A model generated the notes under the pieces. It did not search any database. It was given only the letters and a program-made list of their open reading frames with translations, and had not been told where the DNA came from. A program made the translations under genes and the position numbers. From a virus, in IMG/VR virus record IMGVR_UViG_3300040786_000047: DNA of 64,000 nucleotides. One strand, given 5' to 3'. Below, piece after piece: positions 46,048 through 57,421 of this stretch. The stretch's first letter is position 1. Every line of letters starts with the position of its first letter.

Positions 46048-48292
46048 ATGAATGTTAAAAGAGAAATGGTGATTCAGAAAACTATGTGTTGATAAAATAA
46101 ACAGTGTAGTTATCTGCATGTGAGGGAATGGACGCAAATCCATCAGATATAATAATGAATGCAAATATTCAAATATTTGATGGTATTAAGACAACAAAAA
46201 TACATGAGATATTAATAAATTCTTCAATTGATTTGATTTCACCAATAATCCAGATTATCAGTATGTTGCTAGTAGACTATGTAGCTACTATAATAGAAAA
46301 CAAATCTTTGGAGTATTCAAAGACGAAGATATGCCAACCGTTAAACTGTAGTTGAGCAAAATATTAAAAATGGATTATATGATGAAGAAATATTAAATAA
46401 GTTTGATGATGAAACTTGGACTAAAATAAATGATATTGTTGATCATTCAAATGATTCAAAACTTACTATTGCATCTTATCAAAAAATGCTTGCGACCTAT
46501 TTAGTTAAAAATAGACATAATGGATATGTTTATGAAACTCCACAATATTCATTTATTGTAATTGCTGCGACATTATTTAGTACATTGAAAGAGATAAAGG
46601 AATTCTATAAAGAATTAACTTCTAAATCGCTTAATATACCAACTCCTATCATGGCAGGTGTAAGAACAGGAACTCGTCAATTTGCTTCTTGTTGTCTTAT
46701 TGATGTTGGAGATGACTTAGACTCTATCTACCCGCAAACCATGCAATTGGTAGATTTGTATCAAGAAGAGCAGGAATTGGATTGAATATGGGTAGAATTC
46801 GTTCTCATGGGTCTTCTATAAGAAAAGGTGAAGCAACTCACACAGGAATTATTCCATTTTTGAAATTGGCAGAAGCAGCGACAAAAGTTGTTCACAAGGT
46901 GGATTAAGAGATGGTAGTACAACAGTACACTTTCAGATTTGGAACCGAGAGATTGAAGAGATACTAGTACTTAAAAATAATAAAGGAACTGATGATAATA
47001 GAGTAAGAAGATTAGACTATTCAATTCAAATAACTAAATTATTCTGGGAGAGAATGGTAAAAGGTGAAAAATATCCTTGTTCTCTACATCAGATGTACCT
47101 GGTTTATATGAAGCATTTGGTCTTCCTGAGTTTAATGATTTATATCTAAAATATGAAAACAATAAGAATATAAGTAGAAAAGTTGTTAATGGTAAAGATA
47201 TACTTCTATCACTTTCTGTTGAGAGAATGAACACTGGTAGAATATATATTCAAAATTTGGATAACGCTAATGCACAATCTCCGTTTAAAGATAAGATTTC
47301 TATGAGTAATCTATGTCAAGAGATTAACTTACCAACAACTGAATTTTCTGATATAAATAGCGAAGAAGGAGAAATTGCTTTATTATGTTGGGTGGTATTA
47401 ACTTAGGAATTCTAGCAGGAGTAGATACTTTTAAAAGAATGGAAAACCATTACTTTATATGGTAAAGGCATTAGATAAAGTAATTGACTTACAAGATTAT
47501 CCTGTTAAGTCATCTGAAAACAAATTAAAGAAGATCAATCGGTGTTGGTGTTACTAACTTTGCATACTTTCTTGCTAAGAACAATTTGAAATATGGTACT
47601 GATGAAACTTTACTAGTAGTTGATGAGTTATTTGAACATATTCAATTTTATCTAATGAAAGCTTCTATGGAGTTAGCAAAGAGTTTGGACCTTGTGAGTA
47701 TTTCAATAGAACTAAATACTCTGATGGATTACTTCCAATGGATATGTATAACAAAAGAGTTGATGAGTTAGTTAAAAGAGATTTAACTTGTGATTGGGAA
47801 TGGTTAAGAGGTGAGATTGCAAAATATGGTATGAGAAATTTGTATTATCTGCTATTATGCCAAGTGAATCATCGTCTGTTGTTACAAATGCAACAAATGG
47901 TATTGAGCCTCCTCGTTCACTAATTACTACTAAATTAAATAAAACCGGTGGTATTAAAATGGTAGTTCCTTCTGTTAAATCATTGGGTAATAAATATACA
48001 TTAGCATGGGATATTAAAGACAATAGTGGTATTAATAAAATGGTAAGTGTTATTCAAAAAATGGGTAGACCAAGGAATTTCAGTTAACCATTATTATAAT
48101 CCTAACTTATATGAAGGGAATAAAGTACCTGCAAAAGTTGTAATCAAGGATATGATAGATTTCTATAAGTATGGAGGAAAGCAACTATATTATGCAAATA
48201 CTTTAGATACTATTGAAGCAGACGATACTTCAAAAGAAGAAGATGAAGCAGGATGTGGACCAGGTGGACTTGTACATATAATAAAAAGTTAA
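46048..48292 (+). CDS. nrdA: Ribonucleotide reductase class Ia alpha subunit with ATP cone (frameshifted)
   Basis: N-terminal VK..NGD ATP cone, PTPIMAGVRT, QFASCCLID, SNLCQEINLPT, MPSESSS, GGKQLYY, C-terminal Cys pair. Confidence 0.95.
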
Positions 48293-48300
48293 AAAAAAAG

Positions 48301-48341
48301 ATAAAGAACTATTAAACTAATAGTTCTTTATTTTATATATA
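48301..48341 (+). promoter_or_regulatory. 14-bp perfect inverted repeat overlapping the nrdB AAACT-N17-TATATA promoter
   Basis: ATAAAGAACTATTA-AAC-TAATAGTTCTTTAT; AAACT at 48314-48318, TATATA at 48336-48341. Confidence 0.6.
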
Positions 48342-48359
48342 TAATAAAATAATAAAAAA

Positions 48360-49440
48360 ATGGACGATAAAGTTAGAAAATTATTAATACAAATAGTGTT
48401 GACCCTGACAGTTCCACTATTTTCGGAAAGGAATCACTTGGGTTCCAAAGATATGACAATCCAAAATACAAACAAATTGAAGACTTCTATGAAAAGCAAA
48501 TGTTGTTGTTCTGGAGACCTAATGAGATAGATGTTACTAAGGATAGAGGTGATTTTAAATCATTATCAGATCAAGAGAAATTTATATTTACTAAAAATTT
48601 AGATATCAAATTTTACTTGATAGTATTCAATCAAGAGGTATTTTACATTTGTTGCATGATTGTACAAATTTAGAAATTGAATCTTTTGTGAGACTTGGGC
48701 ATTTTTTGAACAGATACACTCTCGTTCATACACATATTATCAAAAATATATATCCAAATCCATCAGAAATTTTTGATGAAATTTCAAGAGATGAGGAAAT
48801 TATTAAAGAGCATCAAGTGTAACACATTATTATGATGATTTAATTAACAACATACCTGATGATAGTTTACATAATAAGAAAAAGAAACTATACTTAACAT
48901 TAGTATCTATACAGATATTAGAATTTGTTAGATTCTATGTATCTTTCGCTTGTTCTTACTATTTTGCAGAGCAGAATAAAATGATTGGAAACGCATCTAT
49001 TATTAAATTAATAAATAGAGATGAAAACTTACATGGTGGTTTCACAAGATTTCTTCTTAAAACATTAGAAGAAAATCCAGATGAAGGATTTTCTGAAATT
49101 GCAAAAAAGAATGTGAAGAAACTGTTTATAAAATGTGGGAAGATGCTGCAAACGAAGAGATTGAATGGGCTAAGTACTTATTTAAAGATGGTGATTTAAT
49201 CGGATTAAATGCTGATATACTATCAAACTATATGAAATATTTAGTTAATTTAAGAATGAAGAACATGGGAATGAAACAAATTTTTTGAGAGAACAAAAAA
49301 TCCAATCACTTGATAAATAAATATGTTGATTCCGCACAAACTCAGACTGCGGCACAAGAAACAGAAATAACTTCATACCTCACAAATTCATTAGATTCTA
49401 ATGTTGGGGACCTTGGAGACTTACTAAATGACTTTTATAA
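48360..49440 (+). CDS. nrdB: Ribonucleotide reductase class Ia beta subunit (frameshifted)
   Basis: FWRPNEID, LLDSIQSRG, EQIHSRSYT, LEFVRFYVSFAC, INRDENLH motifs. Confidence 0.93.
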
Positions 49441-49469
49441 AAAACCCATCTTATTAAGATGGGTTTTTA
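49438..49469. terminator. Bidirectional intrinsic terminator
   Basis: AAAAAACCCATCTT-AT-TAAGATGGGTTTTT. Confidence 0.85.
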
Positions 49470-49509
49470 TTTTAATACCTCTATATTTATACTTATTATT
49501 ATTATTTAC

Positions 49510-49925
49510 TTCGAAATCATCTCTTAGTATAGTTTTCAATTCAAATCCTTGTTTAATTGAACGATTCTTATCTATTGTAAAATATAATCCGGTGAAGTTA
49601 TTATTTGGATCTTTTGTGTTACGAAACTTGGTTGTTTATTTAGTGTCCATTTTTTTAGCAACTCTTCTATAAATGGAATTAAGTCATACTTAACATCTTC
49701 CCACCTAAATTCAGTGTAATCACTTTCTTCCCAATGTGGAATTAATCCGAACATATTTTCAACCTCTTTATGTCCATTTTTCTTAGATATAACTATTTTA
49801 TAACCAGAAAAACGAGCATCAGTAATATCAACACCAAATCCATAATCTTTCAAATATGCTAGGTAAATATCACCTAATATCATAATATCATTCTTACTTT
49901 CATTAAATTTACGTAAGTGCCTCAT
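49510..49925 (-). CDS. CTS-family paralog
   Basis: MRHLRKFNES..YLAYLKDYGFGV..WEDVKYDLIPFIEELLK. Confidence 0.75.
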
Positions 49926-50189
49926 TGTCTATTTTTTATTAATTTTATTTTTAAATTTCCAGTTCCTTTTATAACTCTGTGATAAACACCCATTGGTATA
50001 AAAATTTTACCTTTAATTGGCTTTGGCAACTCATCATCTATTTGAATTTTCCAATCTGTTTCACCTATCGACTCAATTACTCTATCTTCTCTATCACGAT
50101 GCCATAAATAGTCTCCAGAATCAGTATCCTGTTCAAAATCACGTATAAATATACTATCTGATATAATCTCTTCTGAATGGTAATTTCAT
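49922..50189 (-). CDS. Small cupin-like protein
   Basis: LWHRDREDRVI..WKIQIDDELP..FIPMGVYHRVIKGTG: two His-containing cupin-type motifs. Confidence 0.65.
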
Positions 50190-50211
50190 ATTTTATTATA
50201 ATTATTTTACC

Positions 50212-50768
50212 AATAACCAGGTATGTCTTACCTCCAATAAATGTCCAAATTTGTTAATTCTACACGCCCAATGGCAGTAGTTTTATCTTTTTTAGTATCA
50301 CACTTATGTCTAGCTGCAAATGACTTTCTGGCCTTAGGATCACTTACTTTGCTGTTAATCCACCGTGAACATCACCAAATGAAATCTTCTTGACTTTACC
50401 ATTTTTGGATTTTAACATAAACATAATATTTCTTCCGCCTCTCATAGGCTTGTTTAGTTTTACTTCTCCTTGATAATCTGCTTCATTTAACTCTTCGATA
50501 ATTTCCATTGGTAAATCCAAGGTACTGAAACTCCATTATATTCTATGAATCTTCCTATATCACTTGATTCAAATAACTCGGTATCTAGTTCTGATAGTTC
50601 GATTTGTTTATTATCAAATAATATCCTGGCTTCTTTAATCAAATTAAAGTATTGATTAGAACCTGGTCTAAATATATTCTCAACAACAGGTTTATTATTG
50701 TCTATGTGATATTGTAAGTTTTCTGATATTTTACCAGTAAAGTTTTCAAATAATTTTAAGTATTTCAT
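50212..50768 (-). CDS. CTS-like protein with C-terminal DUF6321-like basic domain (frameshifted)
   Basis: MKYLKLFENF; C-terminal KYYVYVKNP..KVKKISFGD..DPKARKSFAARHKC..WAC. Confidence 0.75.
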
Positions 50769-51190
50769 ATTTTATCTATCCATTCTTTTAGTTCTATAAC
50801 GACTCCTGTCATAGTTCCTTCTACTGTATCATTTATTATCTCATCTAAACTAATAAACTTATTATTACCAGCTCTCAACTCATAGGGTGCTTCTGAATAG
50901 TTAACGATATTCCTGTTCTTGAACCCCAAATATTCAACTTTCTAATTTTTAATAATTCTTCTATAAATGGTATAAAATCATATTTAATATCATTCCAACT
51001 AAATATTGAATGTTCTCTATTTTGAATTCTAATTTCCTCACCAATTGCGTCAATATTTATCGAAAATCTTGCATCAATTAGATATTGTAAATACTCATTA
51101 ACAATTTTTTCTAATTGATAATATCGTTGAGTTGGACTTAATGACTCATTAATCTTTTTTCCAATTTTTATTAAAGTTTATATTTATCAT
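50765..51190 (-). CDS. CTS-family paralog (frameshifted)
   Basis: ..KKINES..EYLQYLIDARFSI..WNDIKYDFIPFIEELLK, close to the 49925 paralog. Confidence 0.7.
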
Positions 51191-51199
51191 ATTAAATAT

Positions 51200-51570
51200 T
51201 ATATTATCATTTTCTTCAAATAATTTCATAAAATAGAATTCTTTCTTTAGAAAAGGTAATTGTTTTGGATATTTCACCTATTTTGGTTGCGTACTGAGTA
51301 ACTTCTATAAACTCTATATTATACGTTAATAACATATAATCTAAATATTGTAACACATCATACTTACATTCTAACCAATCTGTAAGTTGGTTACCTTTTT
51401 TTCTTATTGTTGTTACAATGTATCTAAGATTGTTTCTAGTAGAGACTTCATAGTTATCATCTATAATATATGATAATAATTCTTCTGAGTCTTTTTTATT
51501 TTCAGAAAAGAATAGGTCCACCTTGATTACCTTCTGTCAATAATTCTCTAAAGCTATCTAAATATTTCAT
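51200..51570 (-). CDS. CTS-family paralog (frameshifted)
   Basis: MKYLDSFRELLTEG..LLSYIIDDNYEV..WLECKYDVLQYLDY. Confidence 0.7.
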
Positions 51571-51589
51571 TATCTATATATAATTTATA

Positions 51590-52340
51590 ATTTCCAAATT
51601 TTTCCAAGTTAATCCTAGAACTCATTTCTACAACCTTACCATCCTTTTAAGTGAGTATCTTTGTATAGGTGAGAAAATTTCTACTATTTTTTAACTTTTT
51701 TAACTCATCCTCGTCCATGTCAAAATTGAATATTTGTACCAAGTTTTCAACTTCATCAAAATGTAATAAATTTTTATGACCTACAAAATATGTAAAGTCA
51801 TACTTATAGCCTACATAATGATTAGTATTAGGCATAGTAGACTTTATCATAAGAAATTTTGTCAATGAGTCTTCAATTCTATTGTTGGTAAAGTAAACTT
51901 ATATCCATTTATTAGAAAACTTCTATCTTTCTTATCATAATGTTTCATTAAATAATCACTAATTTCAAAATAATTGAAATATTTTTCTCAAATTCTATTT
52001 GAACTTTATTATTATCATTAGTAAAATAATTTAAACATATCGGTGTTCCTTTAGTAAACTTAACTATCTCTAAAAAAATATTATATCTATACTTTTAATG
52101 TCATCATAAGTATAGTTGATACTAAGTTTTATGTTATTTTTAACTATTTCTTTAATTTGGTATATTACTTGACCTATATCTTCTTTATTAAAATTATTCT
52201 CGTAACTAACTACCTCATCTTTCCTGCTCTATTAATGTATATTTCAAAATCTTCTTTATAAAAAGACCTAGTGATGGTAACTTTTTTATATTAATTTTTA
52301 GTTTTGATATAAAGAAGTTCTTTATGATATTTATCATTTT
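51590..52340 (-). CDS. Hypothetical protein(s) (frameshifted)
   Basis: Includes ORF 51647..51865; coding-like across frames. Confidence 0.35.
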
Positions 52341-52406
52341 TATAACTTATTTTTTTATTATATATTAATTTACATAGGGTACTACATGTTGTCATATATA
52401 TAGTAA

Positions 52407-53117
52407 ATGATTATAAATGGCGATTGCTTATATGAATTGACTAAAATAGAGAGTAACTCAATTGATCTAATTTTAACTGATCCACCTATTTGATATCACG
52501 CGAGTCAGGGTTCAGAAATACTTCTGATAATGCAAATGATGAAATTAAATTAAAATACGGTAAAATATCGATAGATTTCGGAGATTGGGATAAAGTAGAA
52601 ATAGATTGAATTTATTATTCAAAGAATACTATAGAGTACTTAAAAGGGAGGTACTGTAATATTTTTCTTTGATATATGGAAGTCAAATATAATAAAAGAA
52701 GTTGCTGAGTTGAATAAATTTAAACAACCTAGAATTGGACAGTGGGTAAAAAAAACCCAGTTCCTATAAACTCTAAGAATAATTACTTATCAAACTCAAT
52801 TGAATACTTTTCACTTTCGTCAAAGGAGGTAAACCAACATTCAATTCAATCTATGATAATGGTATCTATAAATATCCTTTGTGTCATGGTAAACAAAGAT
52901 TTGACCACCCAACTCAAAAAGCCACTAGAATTAATAAAAGATTTAGTTAGAAAACACTCTAACGAAGGAGATTTGGTTCTAGATACCTTTGCAGGAACAG
53001 GAACAACTGCGCATGCAGCATTTTATTAAATAGAAAATTCATCGTAATTGAGAAAGAGTTAAAATATTTTGAAATAATAAAAAAAAGAATAGAAGACATT
53101 AAAACAAATTTAACTTA
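52407..53117 (+). CDS. Orphan DNA methyltransferase, N6-A/N4-C beta class (frameshifted)
   Basis: NGDCL, SIDLILTDPPY, HPTQKP, LVLDTFAGTGTT. Confidence 0.93.
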
Positions 53118-53129
53118 ACGTTATATAAT
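53102..53129 (+). promoter_or_regulatory. Putative phage middle promoter
   Basis: AAACA-N17-TATAAT upstream of ATG 53150. Confidence 0.55.
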
Positions 53130-53149
53130 TTAAAAATAAAATAATATTA

Positions 53150-53543
53150 TGATTATAAAAATTCAGATCTTAGTAATGAAAGCATCGCAGCACTTAATGT
53201 ATTAATTGAACAAGACATTAACGCATCTTCTGCATTTAGACTAATGAGAGTTATAAAAGAATTATCATCAATTGTAGATGATAAGTTAAAGATGGAAAAG
53301 AAAATTTATGATAAGTGGGTCGAGAAAGATGAGAATGGTTCTCCTGTTATTCCGTTGGACTCGATGGATTGCCAATTGAAGGTAGTGTTAGCATAACTGA
53401 TGTTGCTTCATTCACAAAAGAAATGGAAGAACTTATGAACTTTGAAAACGAGGTAAACTTTGATAAAATGAACTTTGATGATTTAGGATTATTAACTGCA
53501 AAAGTTAAAGACATAATGACGTTAGACTTCTTATTTATATAAA
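53150..53543 (+). CDS. DUF1617-like phage protein (frameshifted)
   Basis: AALNVLIEQDINASSAFRLMRVIKEL..KIYDKWVEKDENG helical pattern. Confidence 0.5.
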
Positions 53544-53650
53544 CTATGTTATTCAATATAGGTGATACCGTACTTTGTAAAACTTGGAGCGGTAGATTCG
53601 ATAATACTCAAAATATAATAGATATTAAATTAAAATTAATATTAGAATTG

Positions 53651-53680
53651 AAAAAGTGTATATTTTTATACACTTTTTTT
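53651..53680 (+). terminator. Intrinsic terminator directly followed by a late-type TATATA site
   Basis: AAAAAGTGTATA-TTTT-TATACACTTTTTTT. Confidence 0.8.
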
Positions 53681-53713
53681 ATATATAGTTAAAATTAAAT
53701 ATTAAATACTATA

Positions 53714-54300
53714 ATGAAATATATAAAAAAGGTTCAATGAAGCTATTGTAGATTATAACAATCCTGAAATAGATTCTCTAATGAAAGATATTGAAGATTC
53801 AAATAAAAAACATTCACTATAACAGAATTATCTGAAATGTCAGAACCTTATAATATAGAAATTGTAAACTATGACACTTTTTATAATGAATTACCACAAA
53901 GAGATAAGAAAACTGCCTCCTAGACAAGCACCTTTTTCGCACTAGTTAATCCAGTTACTAAAAGCCAAGAATTGTTTTAATACCAATACTGTATATAAGT
54001 CCTTTTTTAAAGAAGTTCCTATTGGTGATATACTTAAACATGAGCAAATTCACATTGGTCAGTATAGTAGAAGACCAATGGAGACTCACTACCTGAACCT
54101 AAAGATCAAAAGTCTTATTTCTCCAATAAAGATGAAGTTATGGCATTTGCTTTTCAATAGCAAAAGAGGTATTGCTAGATATCCAAATATAAAACCCAAA
54201 CGAAGGTATTATAAAACTAACAAATAATGTTTTTAGATTATATGCACAAGTTAAGATGAGTGTTGATGCAAGAACATTAAAAGATATAATATATATATTT
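53714..54300 (+). CDS. Zincin-like metallopeptidase with CTS-like N-terminus (frameshifted)
   Basis: MKYIK(R)FNEA; ILKHEQIHIGQY (HExxH) and YFSNKDEVMAFAFSIA (third-ligand Glu). Confidence 0.75.
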
Positions 54301-54407
54301 ATATTTAGAAGATATATTAAAAAAGATAAAATTCACAAATCTATGAATCATAAAACTATTAAGTGATATTAGATTTTTTTATATATACATAAAAAAGTTT
54401 TATTTAG

Positions 54408-55925
54408 ATGTCAGCAACCTTTAGTATTAATGTAGGAACTATAACAGAGTCGACTAGAAAGGCTGATATATTCAGTGTTCTGAATGATATACCTGATAAT
54501 ACACAAAATTAATATCACCCAGAGATGTTAGAGATGCAGTTATGTCAACTTGGGCTAACTCTCCTTTTAAATTAACAACTCCAAATTCATTAACATTTTC
54601 CGCAACATTTTCTTATATTGGACTGGACTCTAGTAATCCAGCAAATAGAGATATAAAATTAAAAATACTTTTAGGTAAGAGAAGTTATGGTAACTTAGAT
54701 GTATTAAGCACGAGTCTTTTGAACGCATCAGATGCTGATATATTCATTTATAATACTAAACAAACAGAAAGTGATTCGACTAAAGTTGCAATTTTAGCAG
54801 GAACTGAATCATCCTTATATGTTAATGCTCCATATATACAATCAAAAGTAAATAGCACTAAATGGAATAGATTTACTTCTAGTAAACCCGGCCAGTAATG
54901 GTGCGATAAATTTAAAATCGAAACAGGAAGAGTTGCAATAAACGGTATAATATTTCCAAATGTATCAGAAAGCGCAACTGCATTTGCAACACAATCAGGT
55001 TCGCTAAATGGTAAAGTTTTGAGATATAGAGGAACATATCCTACTGGATATCTTGAATGGGTAAAACCAGATACAACTATTAACATAATAGGATCTCCTG
55101 GTTATCCAACAAATATTTACGGATCAACTGTTAGTGTTAACGGATATTCACTTGAATTTATCGATGATAATTATGTACCTAAAACCATAGGTGGTATTGT
55201 AGCAGGTTCTACATTTTCTAAGAATTCTTTTATGGGTACTACACAATCACAAAATTGGCCTCTTACAGAGGTTTTAAGGAAATTTTATATCCTTATATAG
55301 AACCAGTTTTATCACTTAGCATTGACAATATATATGCTGAGGTTAATAAAACATCATCAACTATATTAACATGGTCTGTATCAACTTATGAAAGAAACCC
55401 TTTGTTATCAACAACATATAATATAACATCAACAAGTATATCAATACGTTTAGTGGAATACCAGGAACTACTGTAGGTACTTCTTTTAGTTCACCTACAT
55501 TTAGTGCAGGAACTTCATCTAACTATTGGTACTTAAATGTAGTTAGCGGTGATGGACTTACGTTTAGCGCAACTGCATCATTATCATTTATAAATCCGAT
55601 ATTCTACGGATTTACAAGTAGCACAAGTATAACCGGATCTAACTTATCTGGTATGTCTAAACTAATAAGACCAATTGGAGTCAGTCTTATATAGTTAACT
55701 ATAGTGGAACAGGCTATTTATACTTTGTTTATCTTGGTACGGCTAGTTTAAAACAAGTTTTAGATCCTAATCTTTATGAGATACATTCTGCATCATATTC
55801 ACAGTTTTCTAGTTTTACATCATCCGTAACAACACTTAGTTCACCATATACCGGAGCATTTACTGTTTATAGAACAAATAACATTTGTGGACATCCAGGT
55901 GGAGACTTTAAATTTAACTTTTAAT
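54408..55925 (+). CDS. Virion structural protein (tail/fibre-associated), paralog B1 (frameshifted)
   Basis: MSATFSINVGT..DNTQKLISPRDVRDAVMSTWANSPFK; S/T/G-rich beta-type composition. Confidence 0.6.
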
Positions 55926-55926
55926 A

Positions 55927-57410
55927 ATGACAGCATCATTTAGTATAAATATAGGACTACCAACTGAATCTAAAACTATCCAGTTGAGGAAAATTTAAAT
56001 TATTTATTATCACAGTTATGATAATGAAGATAAGTTTATAACACCTATAAGTTTACGAGATACCTTTTTATCACTGTGGACAAGTGTACCATTTAAAGAG
56101 ACCATATTGAATAGTACTTATAGATATATAGGACTAGACTCTTCGAGGTCATTATATCCTAGTGGAGCCCCACTAACAAAGAAGATTCTTATGGGCAAGA
56201 GGTCGTTTTATCAAATGATATTATGAGCGAATCTCTTTTAAGTTCAGATTTTGACATTTTATTTTACAATACAAAGATAGATACTATATCAAACACTGCT
56301 ACAAAAATAGCATTTTTAGCAGGTAACGACTTCTCACTTTTCCAAGAGCTCCTTATATACAAAGTGAAAAGGTTTCTGGAATAACACAATCATCACTATC
56401 ATTAGATTTTATTAGTATGTCTGGTGATGTAAACCTTAATAGCGGACTTACAGGTAGTTTTTTAATATCCGGTTCTAATAGTAATGGAAGTATTTATTTC
56501 CCTACAATAGATGAAATGTCTTATCCAAATCCAAGCATTGATAACAAGATATTAACTTGGAAAGGACCCACTGCATATGGTAAATTAGTATGGGATGAAT
56601 TAAGGTTACCAACTACTGACTATATTGGAACTACTGGTTCTGAATTAAACATATACGGAAATCGGTAAATGTAAATGAATATTCACTTGAACTAAGTGAT
56701 ACTAGGTATGTTCCTAGTATTATTGGTGATATAGGACTTGGTTCAACTTTTGATAACGTTTCAATTTCAGAAGTTTTGAGAAAATGATATATGAGTATTT
56801 ACCACCTTTCTACATTATTAATAGATTATAAATATGCAGAGGTTGGTACATATCCAACACCAGTTCTATCTTATACAATTACTAAGAGAACATTAAGCAC
56901 AGAAACAACGGCATTGTCTAATATGATACCAAGCTCATATCCTTCAATTGTAAGTAATAATCAAATTATTATTAGTGGAACATCAAGTGGTGTTGTAGTT
57001 TCACCAATAAGTGCAACTCATACATATTTTAGTATAACAGTTTCTGATGGCACACAAACAAGTTCTTTAACACAATCTATTTTAGGTATATATCCTTATT
57101 TCTATGGATTTTCAGAACAACTTATAATAAATGTAAATGCTATGGTTGGGTTAACTAAGAAGGTAGAATACAAAGGAGATAAAATAATAGATATTTCAGG
57201 AAGTGGTAATTTTACTTTATCTATGATAATAGTTATGGTTTAATGTCAAGTCCTCCTGTAATAAATGGAGTAAGTGCGGTATATAGTAATAGGGTTTTGT
57301 CATCGCCTACTGGACTTTGGTCAGTGAAAGAGTTTATAGTTTATCAATGGAATGGAGTCACTCAAATAGGACCTCCTTCACAGAATTATGATTTTAGATA
57401 TTAAAAAAAA
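55927..57410 (+). CDS. Virion structural protein, paralog B2 (frameshifted)
   Basis: MTASFSINIGL..DNEDKFITPISLRDTFLSLWTSVPFK; shares DSSN/DSS..KI..GK and IAFLAG blocks with B1. Confidence 0.6.
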
Positions 57411-57421
57411 ATATATACATT

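Noticed and set aside
46048-49440. Introns or inteins in nrdA/nrdB, or in the helicases and polymerase
   Set aside because: Rebuilt lengths (about 750 and 360 aa) match uninterrupted proteins, and no LAGLIDADG/HNH or intein-end motifs were seen.
54645-54675. NRDIKLKILL as another member of the C-terminal tail family
   Set aside because: It lies inside a 500-aa structural protein, not at a terminus, so it is likely coincidental.
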